Shown here in pieces: positions 19,754-30,751 of a DNA stretch of 64,000 bases. The notes beneath the pieces were generated by a model that was not told where the DNA came from, searched no databases, and saw nothing but the letters and a program-made list of their open reading frames with translations. This stretch comes from an uncultured cyanobacterium (GTDB taxonomy: Bacteria; Cyanobacteriota; Cyanobacteriia; PCC-6307; Cyanobiaceae): the NCBI GenBank assembly GCA_963765575.1, contig CAVXWZ010000004.1, forward strand, positions 1 to 64,000, in the 5' to 3' direction. The translations under genes and the position numbers were made by a program. Each line of letters begins with the position of its first letter. The stretch's first letter is position 1.

Positions 19754-21538
19754 CTAGACGATGGCGCCCAGGGTCTCCGGACTGTGGCTCCGGGTCACCC
19801 GGTGCACCTCACCCCGCTGCAGATCCAGGGTCACGATCTCGCCCTGCTGGAGATCGGCGATGGCGTTCACCACCCCCACGATCGCCGGAATGCCTGCGCT
19901 CTGGGCCATCAGGGCCGCGTGGCTGTTGCGGCCCCCCACCTCGGTGATCACCGCTTTGGCCTTGCGGATGGCCTCCACATAGACGGAGGTGGTTTCGCGC
20001 ACCACCAGGATTTCGCCGGTCTGGATGGCGGCGGCGGCCTCGGGGTTATCCACAAGCCGCACCCGGCCACTCACCGAGCCGGTGCCGATCGGCTCGCCTC
20101 GGGACAGCACCGCCGATACCAGCCCCACCTTGATGAAGTCGGTGGCGCCGCTGACGCCGGTGAGGGTGCCGGCGGTCTGCACCACCAGGTCGCCGTCCTG
20201 CAGGAAGCCCATCTCCCGGGCCAGCCCCATGGCGATGCTGAAGGTGCCCGTGGAGGAGCTGCGATCCTTCACCAGCAGCGGACTCACGCCCCAGCTGAGC
20301 TGGAGCTGGCGGGCCACCTGCTCCTCGCTGGTGATCGCCAGGATCGGCGTGCTGGGCCGGAACTTGCTCACATTGCGCGCCGTGGCCCCGCTCTCGGTGA
20401 GGGGCAGCACGGCTGCGGCGTTGAGGTTGCGGGCGATCGTGCTCACCGCCTGGCAGATGGCGTTGGGGATCGTGCTGGCCATGCGGCTGTCGATCACCCG
20501 CTGGGGATAATCGCGCTCGATGCGGCGGGCGATCGTGGCCATGGTGGCCACCGCCTCCACAGGGAAATCACCCACGGCGCTCTCATTGGAGAGCATCACG
20601 GCGTCGGTGCCATCGAGGATGGCATTGGCCACATCGCTCACCTCGGCGCGGGTGGGCCGCGGACAGCTCACCATCGAATCGAGCATCTGGGTGGCGGTGA
20701 TCACCGGGATGCCGAGGCTGTTGGCCTTGCGGATCAGTTCCTTCTGCAGCAGCGGCACCTCCTCGGCGGGCATCTCCACCCCCAGGTCGCCGCGGGCCAC
20801 CATCACCCCGTCGCAGAGCAACAGGATGTCGTCGATCTGATCGATGGCCTCGAACTTCTCGATCTTCGCCACCACCGGCGTGCGATGGCCGTGGCTGGCG
20901 ATCAGCTGCTTGATCTCGAGCAGGTCGGAGGGATTGCGCACGAAGCTCAGGGCCACCCAGTCCACCCCCTGGTCGAGGCCGAAGGCCAGGTCGATGCGGT
21001 CCTTGTCGGTGAGGGCCCGGATCGAGAGCTGCACATCCGGGAAGTTCACCCCCTTGTTGTTGGAGAGCACCCCGCCCACGGTCACGCGGCACAGCAGGGT
21101 CTGCTCCGCCTGCTGCACCTCCGTCACCACCATCTCCACCCGGCCGTCGTCGAGCAGGATGCGGCTGCCCACCGGCACTTCCTCGGCCAGGCCCCCATAG
21201 GTCACGGTGGCGATGGTCTCGTCGCAGGCCACCGGCCTGGAGGTGAGCCGGAAGCTGTCACCGGTATGCAGGGTGATGGGGCCATCGGCGAAACGGCCCA
21301 GCCGGATCTTCGGGCCTTGCAGGTCCTGGAGGATGCCCACATGCACCCCCATGGCGCTGGCCACCTGGCGGATGGTGGTGATGCGGGCGGCGTGCTCGCT
21401 GTGATCGCCGTGGGAGAAATTGAGCCGGAAGGTGCTGGCACCGGCGTCAATCAAGTCTCGCAAACGCTCCGGTGATTCGGTCGCGGGCCCGATCGTGGCC
21501 ACGATCTTGGTGCGACGCATGAGATCGCGGTGATGCAT
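19754..21538 (-). CDS. pyk: Pyruvate kinase with C-terminal PEP-utiliser domain
   Basis: RRTKIVATIGP, RLNFSHG, DLQGPKIR, MVARGDLGVE, ATQMLDSM, PTRAEVSDVANA. Confidence 0.97.
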   Translation of the reverse strand: MHHRDLMRRTKIVATIGPATESPERLRDLIDAGASTFRLNFSHGDHSEHAARITTIRQVASAMGVHVGILQDLQGPKIRLGRFADGPITLHTGDSFRLTSRPVACDETIATVTYGGLAEEVPVGSRILLDDGRVEMVVTEVQQAEQTLLCRVTVGGVLSNNKGVNFPDVQLSIRALTDKDRIDLAFGLDQGVDWVALSFVRNPSDLLEIKQLIASHGHRTPVVAKIEKFEAIDQIDDILLLCDGVMVARGDLGVEMPAEEVPLLQKELIRKANSLGIPVITATQMLDSMVSCPRPTRAEVSDVANAILDGTDAVMLSNESAVGDFPVEAVATMATIARRIERDYPQRVIDSRMASTIPNAICQAVSTIARNLNAAAVLPLTESGATARNVSKFRPSTPILAITSEEQVARQLQLSWGVSPLLVKDRSSSTGTFSIAMGLAREMGFLQDGDLVVQTAGTLTGVSGATDFIKVGLVSAVLSRGEPIGTGSVSGRVRLVDNPEAAAAIQTGEILVVRETTSVYVEAIRKAKAVITEVGGRNSHAALMAQSAGIPAIVGVVNAIADLQQGEIVTLDLQRGEVHRVTRSHSPETLGAIV

Positions 21539-21595
21539 CGGTGCGTCTTGGACCGCGCCGAAACTACCATCGCTCCCCCTGTCAGAAGGATCTGC

Positions 21596-21925
21596 GTGGA
21601 TCTGCACACCTACCAGCGCCGCTCCCGGCAGACGGCCCGTTACCCGGGGGCCGGCGCCAACCCCATCTATCCCACCCTCGGGCTCTGCGGCGAGGCCGGC
21701 GAGGTGGCCGACAAGGTGAAAAAGGTGCTCCGCGACCGCGGCGGTGAGTTCTCCCCTGAGGTGACGCGGGCCCTGGAGCTGGAGCTTGGCGATGTGCTCT
21801 GGTATGTGGCCCAGCTGGCCACCGAACTGGGTCTGGAGCTCGAGCAGGTGGCCCAGGCCAACCTCGACAAGCTGGCCAGCCGCGCCGCCCGTAACGTGAT
21901 CGCTGGCGATGGAGACCACCGCTGA
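21596..21925 (+). CDS. MazG-like nucleoside triphosphate pyrophosphohydrolase
   Basis: YPTLGLCGEAGEVADKVKK...ELGDVLWYVAQLA...NLDKLASR. Confidence 0.92.
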   Translation: MDLHTYQRRSRQTARYPGAGANPIYPTLGLCGEAGEVADKVKKVLRDRGGEFSPEVTRALELELGDVLWYVAQLATELGLELEQVAQANLDKLASRAARNVIAGDGDHR

Positions 21926-21996
21926 ACCCCACCGACTTCCGCACCGTTGCCCCCAGCGACGGCCGCACCACAGGCCACCGGGCCGGCCTGGCCCTG

Positions 21997-22467
21997 TTGC
22001 TGGTGGTGGTGCTGCTGCTGGCCCCCCTGCCCGCCTGGGCGGCCGGGCTGGTGGTGTCGGAGGTGACGCTCGAGCCCTGCCCCGCCGCCGACGTGGCCGC
22101 CCAGCCCGAGCTGCCGCGGCCCACGGGCGCCCGCTGCTATGCCCTGCGCGGGATGGTGGACAACCCCGCCCGCCGGCCGGTGTTCGACACCGATGTCTAT
22201 GCCCGCATCCTCGACGCCAGCGGCGAGCCGGTGCTGCAGAACCGCACCCGGGTGGGCACGATCGGCGATGTGCCGCCGGGCCGTTCGGCCTTCGCCCTGC
22301 GGCTGGCGGTGCCGGCCGGCACCCCCGATCCACTCAGCTTCCGCAGTGTGAGTGCGCGGGGATTCAGCGCCCCGGTGCGCACCCGCGCCGGCGCAGACGA
22401 TGAGCTGCTGCCGCTGGAGATGGATTTGGCCAGCGGTGACTGGGCCAGCGTCGACGGGGCCAGCTGA
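21997..22467 (+). CDS. Hypothetical secreted protein (start uncertain)
   Basis: Signal-peptide-like LLLAPLPAWAA; DVYARILDASGEPVLQNRTRVG. Confidence 0.72.
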   Translation: MLVVVLLLAPLPAWAAGLVVSEVTLEPCPAADVAAQPELPRPTGARCYALRGMVDNPARRPVFDTDVYARILDASGEPVLQNRTRVGTIGDVPPGRSAFALRLAVPAGTPDPLSFRSVSARGFSAPVRTRAGADDELLPLEMDLASGDWASVDGAS

Positions 22468-22488
22468 TCGCGGCCCCTTGCCCGCTGA

Positions 22489-22776
22489 TCAGTAGAGCCC
22501 AGCCATCACGCTGTTGCTCAAGCTCCCCAGGATCCCCTGGCCGAAGCTGAGGGCCAGAAAGGCCAGGATCGCCGAGAGGTCGAGGCCGCCGATGGGAGGG
22601 ATCAGGCCCCGGAACACGTTGAGGTAGGGATCGGTGATCGAACTCACGGTGCTGAGCACCGGATTGCTCCAGTCCAGGTTGGGAAACCAGGTGAGCAGCA
22701 CCCGCACCAGCAGGATCAGCGAATAGATCTGCAGGGTGTTGCTGACCACAAGCAGCAGCTGGGCGAGAACTTCCAT
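22489..22776 (-). CDS. ylmG: YggT/YlmG family membrane protein
   Basis: RVLLTWFPN...ITDPYLNVFRGLIPPIGGLDLS. Confidence 0.9.
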   Translation of the reverse strand: MEVLAQLLLVVSNTLQIYSLILLVRVLLTWFPNLDWSNPVLSTVSSITDPYLNVFRGLIPPIGGLDLSAILAFLALSFGQGILGSLSNSVMAGLY

Positions 22777-22821
22777 GGGTGGCAGGGAAACGGGGGCAGT
22801 CAAGCCGAACTCTATGCAGCC

Positions 22822-23364
22822 CTACGCAGCTCGGGATGGCTGGCCCTCCACCTCTTCGGCCCGGATGGCGAAGGTGCGGTGAAACTTTTCGCTCAGGCTC
22901 AGCCAGTAGGAGCGCCCCTCGCTCTGGCGCCGGCGCTCGATGAAGTTCTGGGCCACCAGCTCCTTGATGTGCTCGTAGGCCCCGGAACCACGCAGCTCCA
23001 CCAGCTCCGACTGCAGGATGCGTTTCCTCAGGGCGATCGTCGCCAGGGTGCGCAGGGTGGCGGTGGAGAGGTCCACCGGCAGCATCGCCTGCACCAGGGA
23101 GGCCAGGCCATCGCGCAGCTGCAGGCTGTAGCGGCTGCCCTCCTGGCGCACCTCGAGGGCGGTGTCGCGATGGGCGTAGTCGGCCATCAGTGTGATCAGG
23201 CCCAGCTCCGCCGCATCCCGCTCCACCCCGGCCAGTTGCGCCAGTTCGCCCAGGCCCACCGGGCGGCCCTTGAGGTAGAGGATCGCCTCCAGCTGGGCCG
23301 GCAGCGAGAGGCCCGCGCCTTGGCCGGCCAGCACGGTGTCGGCGCCACCGCTGCGGTTGGCCAT
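22822..23364 (-). CDS. scpB: SMC-Scp complex subunit ScpB
   Basis: LEAILY, LSTATLRTLATIA, LVELRGSGAYEHIKEL. Confidence 0.92.
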   Translation of the reverse strand: MANRSGGADTVLAGQGAGLSLPAQLEAILYLKGRPVGLGELAQLAGVERDAAELGLITLMADYAHRDTALEVRQEGSRYSLQLRDGLASLVQAMLPVDLSTATLRTLATIALRKRILQSELVELRGSGAYEHIKELVAQNFIERRRQSEGRSYWLSLSEKFHRTFAIRAEEVEGQPSRAA

Positions 23365-23416
23365 GAAACTGGGTGGGAACGGCTCAGGATCAGATAAGCA
23401 GCCCCCAGCCCGGGCT

Positions 23417-24964
23417 TCAACCCAGGAACAGCCGGTAGGCGGGGTTGGCGCTCTCGTCCCAGTGCTGGTAGTCCAAACGGCCGAGGAAGGCCTGCCACTG
23501 CTGCCGTTCCGCCGCTGGTACCTGCAGCCCCACCACGATCCGCCCCACGTCGGAGCCGTGGTTGCGGTAGTGAAAGATGCTGATGTTCCAGCTGGCCTGC
23601 AGGGCGTTCACAAAGGCCATCAGGGCGCCGGGCTTCTCCGGGAACTCAAAGCGGTAGAGCAGTTCATCCCCCTGCTCCATGGCCTCGCCGGCGCTGGCCG
23701 GCAGGCGGCCGCCCACCATGTGACGCAGGTGCAGCTTGGCCAGTTCGTTGGTGCTCAGATCCAGGCAGTGGAAGCCGGCGCTCTCCAGGTTGGCCACCAG
23801 GGTGTCGGTGTCGCCGCGGTCGCGAATCTGCACCCCCACGAAGATGTGCGCCAGGCGCGGGTCGGCCAGCCGGTAGCTGAATTCGGTGAGGCTGCGCTGG
23901 CCCAGGGCTGCGCAGAAGCGCCGCAGGCTGCCCGGCTGCTCGGGGATCTCCACCGCCAGCATCGCCTCGCGCTTCTCCCCCAGCTCGGCCCGCTCGGCCA
24001 CGAAGCGCAGGCGATCGAAGTTCATGTTCGCCCCGCAGGCCACCGCCACCAGGCAGCGGTTGCGCAGCTGGCGGGCGGCCACGTCGGTCTTCATGCCGGC
24101 CACCGCCAGGGCACCGGCGGGCTCGAGGATCGAGCGGGTGTCTTCGAACACGTCCTTGATGGCGGCGCAGATCTCATCGGTGCTCACCGTCACCATGCGG
24201 TCCACATGGCGCTGGGCCAGGGCGAAGGTGTGTCGCCCCACCTGACGGACGGCGACGCCATCGGCGAACAGACCCACCTGCTCCAGCCGCACCCGCTCGC
24301 CGCAGGCCAGGGAGCGGGCCATGGCGTCGGCATCCACCGGCTCCACACCGATGATCTCCACCTCCGGCCAGAGCGCCTTCACATAGGTGGCGATGCCGGC
24401 GATCAGGCCGCCGCCGCCCACCGCCACGTAGATGCCATCGGGTGGGGTGGAGCACTGGCGCAGGATCTCCAGGGCGATCGTGCCCTGGCCGGCGATCACG
24501 TCGGGATCGTCGAAGGGGTGGATGAAGCTGAGCCCCCGTTCGCTGGCCAGGCGGGTGGCCTCGGCGCAGGCGGCGTCGTAGTTGTCGCCGTGCAGCACCA
24601 CCTCCGCCCCCCGGGCCGCCACCGCCCTCACCTTCATCTCCGGGGTGGTGACGGGCATCACGATCACGGCCCGGCAACCCAACCGCTGGGCGCCCAGGGC
24701 CACGCCCTGGGCGTGGTTGCCTGCACTGGCGGCGATTACCCCCCGTTCCAGCTCCGCCGGGCTGAGGCCGGCCATCTTGTTGTAGGCACCGCGCAGCTTG
24801 AAGCTGAACACCGGCTGCAGGTCCTCGCGCTTGAGCAGCACCCGGTTGCCCAGCCGGCTGGAGAGGTTGGGCGCCTCATCGAGGGGCGACTCGATCGCCA
24901 CGTCGTAGACGCGGGCCCGCAGGATCCGCTGCAGGTAGCCGTCGCTGGCGGGAGGCTGGCTCAT
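23417..24964 (-). CDS. ilvA: Threonine ammonia-lyase, biosynthetic
   Basis: [41 protein letters not shown]-terminal regulatory repeats. Confidence 0.97.
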   Translation of the reverse strand: MSQPPASDGYLQRILRARVYDVAIESPLDEAPNLSSRLGNRVLLKREDLQPVFSFKLRGAYNKMAGLSPAELERGVIAASAGNHAQGVALGAQRLGCRAVIVMPVTTPEMKVRAVAARGAEVVLHGDNYDAACAEATRLASERGLSFIHPFDDPDVIAGQGTIALEILRQCSTPPDGIYVAVGGGGLIAGIATYVKALWPEVEIIGVEPVDADAMARSLACGERVRLEQVGLFADGVAVRQVGRHTFALAQRHVDRMVTVSTDEICAAIKDVFEDTRSILEPAGALAVAGMKTDVAARQLRNRCLVAVACGANMNFDRLRFVAERAELGEKREAMLAVEIPEQPGSLRRFCAALGQRSLTEFSYRLADPRLAHIFVGVQIRDRGDTDTLVANLESAGFHCLDLSTNELAKLHLRHMVGGRLPASAGEAMEQGDELLYRFEFPEKPGALMAFVNALQASWNISIFHYRNHGSDVGRIVVGLQVPAAERQQWQAFLGRLDYQHWDESANPAYRLFLG

Positions 24965-25037
24965 GGGGCCCAGTGTCGCAATCGGCACCGGAGGCCGGGA
25001 TGCACGCCCTAGATTGCACCTCACTCCAAGGGTCGTG

Positions 25038-26961
25038 ATGCATCTCAGCGAGCTGAGCCACCCCAACCAGCTGCACGGCCTCAGTACCGCCGAGCTCGAA
25101 GCGATCGGCCGCCAGATCCGGGAGCGCCACCTCGAGGTGGTGAGCACCAGCGGCGGCCACCTTGGCCCCGGCCTGGGGGTGGTGGAACTGACCCTGGCCC
25201 TCTACCAGACCCTCGACCTCGACCACGACAAGGTGGTATGGGATGTGGGCCACCAGGCCTATCCCCACAAGCTGATCACCGGTCGCTACAAGGATTTCCA
25301 CACCCTGCGTCAGCAGGGAGGCGTGGCGGGCTATCTCAAGCGCAGCGAGAGCAGCTTCGACCACTTCGGCGCCGGCCACGCCAGCACCTCGATCTCCGCC
25401 GCTCTGGGCATGGCCCTGGCCCGCGACCGCCGCGGCGAAGACTTCAAATGTGTGGCCGTGATCGGCGACGGCGCCCTCACCGGCGGCATGGCTCTGGAGG
25501 CGATCAACCACGCCGGCCATCTGCCCCACACCCGGCTGCTGGTGGTGCTCAACGACAACGACATGTCGATCAGCCCGCCGGTGGGGGCCCTCTCCACCCA
25601 CCTCAACCGCATGCGGCACAGCCCGCCGCTGCAGTTCCTGCAGGACAACGCCGAGGAGGCGATCAAGCACCTGCCGTTCATGCACGGCGAGCTGCCGCCT
25701 GAACTGAAGAACCTCAAGGAGAGCATGAAGCGGCTGGCGGTGCCCAAGCTGGGCGCCGTGTTCGAGGAGCTGGGCTTCACCTACATGGGCCCGATCGACG
25801 GCCATGACATCGCCGGCATGGTGAAGGTGTTCCAGCAGGCCCACGCCCACGAGGGTCCGGTGCTGGTGCACGTGGCCACCACCAAGGGCAAGGGCTACCC
25901 CTACGCCGAAGCCGACCAGGTGGCCTACCACGCCCAGGGCGCCTTCGACCTGGCCAGCGGCAAGGCCTACCCCTCCAGCAAGCCCAAGCCGCCCAGCTAC
26001 AGCAAGGTGTTCGGCCAGACCCTGGTGAAGATCTGCGAGCAGGACCCCACGGTGGTGGGCATCACCGCCGCCATGGCCACCGGCACCGGGCCTCGACCTG
26101 CTGGAGAAGGCCCTGCCGGATCAGTACTTCGATGTGGGCATCGCCGAGCAGCACGCCGTGACCATGGCGGCCGGCATGGCCTGCGAAGGCCTCAAGCCCG
26201 TGGTGGCGATCTACAGCACCTTCCTGCAGCGGGCCTACGACCAGCTGATCCACGACGTGGGCATCCAGAAGCTGCCGGTCACCTTCGTGCTCGACCGGGC
26301 CGGCATCGTCGGCGCCGACGGCCCCACCCACCAGGGCCAGTACGACATCAGCTACCTGCGGGCGGTGCCCAACTTCACGGTGATGGCGCCCAAGGATGAG
26401 GCCGAACTGCAGCGCATGCTGGTGACCGCCATCCAGCACAACGGACCCTGTGCCCTGCGCATCCCCAGGGGCGAGGGCGAGGGGTGCCCCTGGCCGAGGA
26501 GGGCTTCGAGCCTCTGCAGATCGGCCGCGGCGAACTGCTCGCCGATGGCGACGACCTGCTGATCGTGGCCTATGGCGCCATGGTGTCTCCCGCCATGGCC
26601 ACGGCCGGCCTGCTGCAGGAACAGGGAATCCGGGCGGCGGTGATCAATGCCCGCTTCCTGCGGCCCCTCGATGAGGCCCTGATCCTGCCGATGGCCCGGC
26701 GCATCGGCCGGGTGGTGACGATGGAGGAGGGCTGCTCTCGCCGGGGGCTTCGGCGCCGCCGTGGTGGAGAGCCTCAACGACCACGGCGTGCTGGTGCCGG
26801 TGCTGCGCATCGGCATTCCCGATTGCTGGTGGACCACGCCAGCCCCGGCCCAGAGCAAGCAGGCCCTGGGACTCACCCCCTCCCAGATGGCCAGCCGGAT
26901 CAGCGACCATTTCGGCCAGCCCCTGCCCTCAGCGGCCCCCGCCCAGGTCGTCAGGGTCTGA
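25038..26961 (+). CDS. dxs: 1-deoxy-D-xylulose-5-phosphate synthase (about five indels in the 3' half, probably sequence errors)
   Basis: [57 protein letters not shown]; reading frame switches near 26090, 26484, 26737, 26824 and 26848. Confidence 0.93.
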
Positions 26962-27002
26962 GCTTGCGGCGCAACAAGCCAGGGCACCAAAAACAGGGCA
27001 TC

Positions 27003-27034
27003 AAAAAACCGCCGGATGGAGTCATCCGGCGGTT
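27003..27034 (-). terminator. Rho-independent terminator of psaK (possibly bidirectional)
   Basis: AACCGCCGGATG-GAGT-CATCCGGCGGTT stem with an A-run on the + strand (U-tract on minus). Confidence 0.85.
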
Positions 27035-27058
27035 GAGCCTGCTGGGATCGCGGGATGG

Positions 27059-27328
27059 TCAGACCACGCCGCGGGAGGCCAGACCGAGAATGGCGCCCAT
27101 CCCGAGGATGTGACCCAGGCTCAGGGTGCCGAGCATGGCGCCGTGGCTGAGGCCGCCAAAGAGGGGCGAACTGGGAAGCTGCAGGCCCACATTGGGCTGC
27201 TTGATGGTGGCCTTGCCGATGGCAATGGCAATCACATTGCACACGATCATCACCAGGGCGACTTTCGGCGTCCAGGTGAGGGTGGCGGGGACGATGGCCA
27301 GGGGCTGGGCCAGGAGCAGAGCGAACAT
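27059..27328 (-). CDS. psaK: Photosystem I reaction centre subunit PsaK
   Basis: [25 protein letters not shown]...[14 protein letters not shown]. Confidence 0.93.
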   Translation of the reverse strand: MFALLLAQPLAIVPATLTWTPKVALVMIVCNVIAIAIGKATIKQPNVGLQLPSSPLFGGLSHGAMLGTLSLGHILGMGAILGLASRGVV

Positions 27329-27409
27329 GGAGCACAAGCCGACGACCCATCTTCCGGGGTCTGGCCCCCGCGCGCGACGCGGCGTAAGAGTTGTTCACCG
27401 CCCGCCCCC

Positions 27410-27745
27410 TCAGGGGCGGCGCTGCTGCAGCAGGGCGCGGCTGAAGCCCACCGCCACCAGCAGGTTGGCCAGGGTGAGAAACGCCTCGGCGCCCCCGTGC
27501 AACGGGTCCACATCGGCGAGCTGCTGGCCACTGGTCTGCAGAGCCACCAGGGAGGCGGCGATGGTGACGGCCACAAACAGCAGCGTCAGCTGGAAGCCGC
27601 GCAGGGCGATCGGCGGAAAGCCGTCGATGCGACCTGCCAGCCACAGGAAGGCGAGGTAGGGCAGCAGCGACAGCACAAAGAACGGTGCCGGATCGATGCT
27701 GCCCAGGCGCGCCAGCAGCTGCAGACCCAGGTCGCCCTCAGCCAC
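27410..27745 (-). CDS. DUF3593 family membrane protein (start approximate)
   Basis: FVLSLLPYLAFLW, GFQLTLLFVAVTI, LADVDPLHGGAEAFLTLAN. Confidence 0.85.
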   Translation of the reverse strand: MAEGDLGLQLLARLGSIDPAPFFVLSLLPYLAFLWLAGRIDGFPPIALRGFQLTLLFVAVTIAASLVALQTSGQQLADVDPLHGGAEAFLTLANLLVAVGFSRALLQQRRP

Positions 27746-28085
27746 CGCCCACCTCCACCGCAGCAGCATGGGCAGACGCGGCAGCGCTGGCCGCACGCTG
27801 GCGGCGCAGGATCTGCCAGGCGGCCAGGGCCAGGGCGCCATTGCCCGCCGTGGTGAGTCCCGCCTGCAGCACCACCAGGCCGCGCAGCTCCTCGGCATTG
27901 TCGAACAGGTGCCAGGTGCAGGCGCACATGGCGCTCACCAGGGCCGGCAGCATCGCCAGGGCCAGCCAGCGCCAGGCCCCTTCCTGCCGGGCAACGGCCA
28001 GACGCTGCACCGCCACCATGGCCACAAGCCACTCCAGCACCGAGGTGATGTGGATCCACCAGGTGGGCAGCGAGAGGGCGTGCAT
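27738..28085 (-). CDS. DUF2499 (Ycf49-like) membrane protein
   Basis: MHALSLPTWWIHITSVLEW, MLPALVSAMCACTWHLFDN. Confidence 0.88.
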   Translation of the reverse strand: MHALSLPTWWIHITSVLEWLVAMVAVQRLAVARQEGAWRWLALAMLPALVSAMCACTWHLFDNAEELRGLVVLQAGLTTAGNGALALAAWQILRRQRAASAAASAHAAAVEVGGG

Positions 28086-28129
28086 CAAGGCCTCGACCGG
28101 GTCCCCAACTCTATGGATAGGGTGCGGCC

Positions 28130-29116
28130 ATGGCGATGGTGATGGCCCGCGGTCTGCGCAAGACCTTCCGGGTGGCCGACAAGCAGCCTGGCCTGGCCGG
28201 CACGCTTCGCCATCTGGTGCGCCGCCGCTGGCGGGCGGTGGAGGCGGTGCGCGACGTGAGCTTCGCCATCGAGGCCGGGGAGGTGGTGGGCTTTCTCGGA
28301 CCCAACGGCGCCGGCAAGACCACCACCCTCAAGCTGCTCACGGGGCTGATCCATCCCAGCGGCGGCGAACTGGCGGTGGCGGGTCACAGGCCCTTCCGCC
28401 GCGAGCGCGCCTTCCTGGAGGCGATCACCCTGGTGATGGGCCAGAAGCAGCAGTTGATCTGGGATCTGCCGCCCCTCGATTCGCTGCGGGTCAATGCCGC
28501 CGTCTACGGCATCGACGACCGCGAGGCGCGGCGGCGCATCGCTGAGCTGGCCGACATGCTGGAACTGGGCGAGGAGCTCACCCGGCCGGTGCGCAAGTTG
28601 TCGCTGGGGCAGCGCATGAAGGCGGAGCTGCTGGCGGCCCTGCTGCACCGTCCGCGGGTGCTGTTCCTCGATGAACCCACCCTGGGCCTGGATGTCAACG
28701 CCCAGGCCCGGGTGCGCCAGTTCCTGGCCGATTACAACCGCCGCACCGGCGCCACCGTGCTGCTCACCAGCCATTACATGGCCGACATCACAGCCCTCTG
28801 CCCGCGGGTGCTGCTGATCCACCAGGGCCGACTGTTCCACGACGGCGGCCTCGCCGAGCTGAGCGAGCGGCTCGCCCCCTGGCGCCAGGTGCGCCTCGAG
28901 CTGGCCGCGCCGCTGCCCGCCGCCCAGTTGGCCGACTACGGCGAGATCGAGAGCCTGGAGGGCCGCGAGGTGCGGCTGCTGATTCCCCGCGAACGCCTCA
29001 CGGCCACGGTGAACCGACTGCTGACGCAGCTGAGCGTGCTTGATCTGGAGGTCAGCGACCCGCCGATCGAGGAGCTGATCGGCCGCCTGTTCCGCCAGGG
29101 GTCGCTGGAGCCATGA
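28130..29116 (+). CDS. ABC transporter ATP-binding protein
   Basis: GPNGAGKTT, LSLGQRMK, LFLDEPT, LLTSHYM. Confidence 0.95.
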   Translation: MAMVMARGLRKTFRVADKQPGLAGTLRHLVRRRWRAVEAVRDVSFAIEAGEVVGFLGPNGAGKTTTLKLLTGLIHPSGGELAVAGHRPFRRERAFLEAITLVMGQKQQLIWDLPPLDSLRVNAAVYGIDDREARRRIAELADMLELGEELTRPVRKLSLGQRMKAELLAALLHRPRVLFLDEPTLGLDVNAQARVRQFLADYNRRTGATVLLTSHYMADITALCPRVLLIHQGRLFHDGGLAELSERLAPWRQVRLELAAPLPAAQLADYGEIESLEGREVRLLIPRERLTATVNRLLTQLSVLDLEVSDPPIEELIGRLFRQGSLEP

Positions 29117-29937
29117 GGCTGCGGGTGGCGCGCACGCTCTGGACCGTGCAGTTCGCCTACATGGCCGAATACCGGGCCGAGATCGCCCTCTGGGCGCTGT
29201 CGGGGGTGCTGCCGTTCATCATGCTGGGCATCTGGAGCGCCGCCGCCGCCCCCGCCGCCGCAGGACACGGCTCCGGCCTGCAGCTGGGGCTCAGCCCCGC
29301 CGAACTGGGTCGCTATTTCCTCTGCGCCTTCGTGGCCCGCCAGTTCAGCGTGGTGTGGGTGGTGTGGCAGTTCGAGGAAGACGCCCTGCAGGGACGCCTT
29401 TCCCCCTACCTGCTGCAGCCGCTGCACCCGCTCTGGCGCTACGTGGCGGCCCACCAGGCCGAGCAGGCCACCCGCCTGCCCTTCGTGCTGCTGATCGCCT
29501 CGGGCTTCTTCCTGCTCCAGCCCCACACCTTCGCCTGGCCCGGCCCGGCCCGGGTGCTGCTGGGGGTGCTGGCGGTGGGACTGGCCTTCGCGATCAACTT
29601 CCTGCTCCAGAGCCTGATCGCCACCCTCTGCTTCTGGAGTGAGCGGGCCTCGGCCCTGGAGCGGCTGCTGTATGTGCCCTATGTGTTTCTTTCCGGTCTG
29701 GTGGCACCGCTGCAGGCCTTCCCGCCCGAGCTGCGCCGATTGGCCCTGCACACGCCCTTCCCCTATCTGATCGGCTTCCCCGCCCAGCTGCTGGCCGGCA
29801 CGCCGATGGGCGAGGGCCAGCCTTTCTCCCTGGCGGCGGGGTTCGGCGCCATGGTGCTGTGGATTGCCCTGCTGCTGCCGCTGCTGCTGCTGCTCTGGCG
29901 GGCCGGCCTCAAGCGCTATTCAGCGATGGGGGCCTGA
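29113..29937 (+). CDS. ABC-2 family permease (DUF990-like)
   Basis: EYRAEIALW, GRLSPYLLQP, LSGLVAPL; ATGA-coupled to the ATPase gene. Confidence 0.9.
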   Translation: MRLRVARTLWTVQFAYMAEYRAEIALWALSGVLPFIMLGIWSAAAAPAAAGHGSGLQLGLSPAELGRYFLCAFVARQFSVVWVVWQFEEDALQGRLSPYLLQPLHPLWRYVAAHQAEQATRLPFVLLIASGFFLLQPHTFAWPGPARVLLGVLAVGLAFAINFLLQSLIATLCFWSERASALERLLYVPYVFLSGLVAPLQAFPPELRRLALHTPFPYLIGFPAQLLAGTPMGEGQPFSLAAGFGAMVLWIALLLPLLLLLWRAGLKRYSAMGA

Positions 29938-30722
29938 TGCGCTATCTGATCACCCTGCGGCGCTTCTGGGGCACCGCCCTGGCCACCCAGCTGGAGTACC
30001 AGCTCAATGCCGGCATCGAGCTGCTGGCGATGGCGGGCAACCTTGCCGGCAGCCTGATGGTGCTGTGGCTGTTCGAGCGCCAGGGGGTGGCGCTGGGGGG
30101 CTGGAGCTGGCACGCCGTGCTGGTGGTGCTGGGCGCCTACACCTGTCTGGACGGCCTCACCAGCACGCTGCTGCGCCCCAACCTCAGCCGCATCGTCAAT
30201 CACGTGCAGGAGGGCACCCTCGATTTCGTGCTGCTGAAGCCGATCGACAGCCAGTTCTGGTTGTCGCTGCGCACCCTCAGCCCCGCCGGTCTGCCGGAGA
30301 TGGGGGTGGGGGTGGGACTGATGCTCTGGGCCGCTCGCCAGGAGCTCGGCGTGCTGTCCCCCGCCGGTGTGCTCACGGCCGGGCTGCTGTTGCTGGCCGC
30401 CGCCCTGATCCTCTACGCCCTCTGGTTCGTGCTGGCGGCCACCTCGATCTGGTTCGTCAAGACCTGGAACGCCACCGAAGTGCTGCGGGCGGCCCTCACC
30501 GCCGGTCGCTACCCGATCAGCGCCTACCCCTCCGGCCTGCGCACCCTGTTCACCCTGGTGCTGCCGGTGGCCTTCCTCACCACGGTGCCGGCTGAGGCGC
30601 TGCTGGGCCGGCTCACCCTCGCCGGAGCTCTCACCAGCCTGATGGTGGCGGCGGTGGCCCTGGCGATCAGCCGGGTGTTCTGGCGCTTCGCGCTGCGCTA
30701 CTACACATCCGCCTCCAGTTGA
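29937..30722 (+). CDS. ABC-2 family permease (DUF990-like)
   Basis: EGTLDFVLLKPIDSQF, GRYPISAYP, RYYTSASS; TGATG-coupled. Confidence 0.9.
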   Translation: MRYLITLRRFWGTALATQLEYQLNAGIELLAMAGNLAGSLMVLWLFERQGVALGGWSWHAVLVVLGAYTCLDGLTSTLLRPNLSRIVNHVQEGTLDFVLLKPIDSQFWLSLRTLSPAGLPEMGVGVGLMLWAARQELGVLSPAGVLTAGLLLLAAALILYALWFVLAATSIWFVKTWNATEVLRAALTAGRYPISAYPSGLRTLFTLVLPVAFLTTVPAEALLGRLTLAGALTSLMVAAVALAISRVFWRFALRYYTSASS

Positions 30723-30751
30723 GGCCCCGCCTGGGGGGCGGGCGCGCTGAA

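Noticed and set aside
26080..26860. Programmed frameshifting or phase variation in dxs
   Set aside because: Multiple mixed +1/-1 indels without slippery-site structure fit sequence error better.
27381..27398. HLR1-like site upstream of psaK
   Set aside because: Match and spacing are too poor to support.
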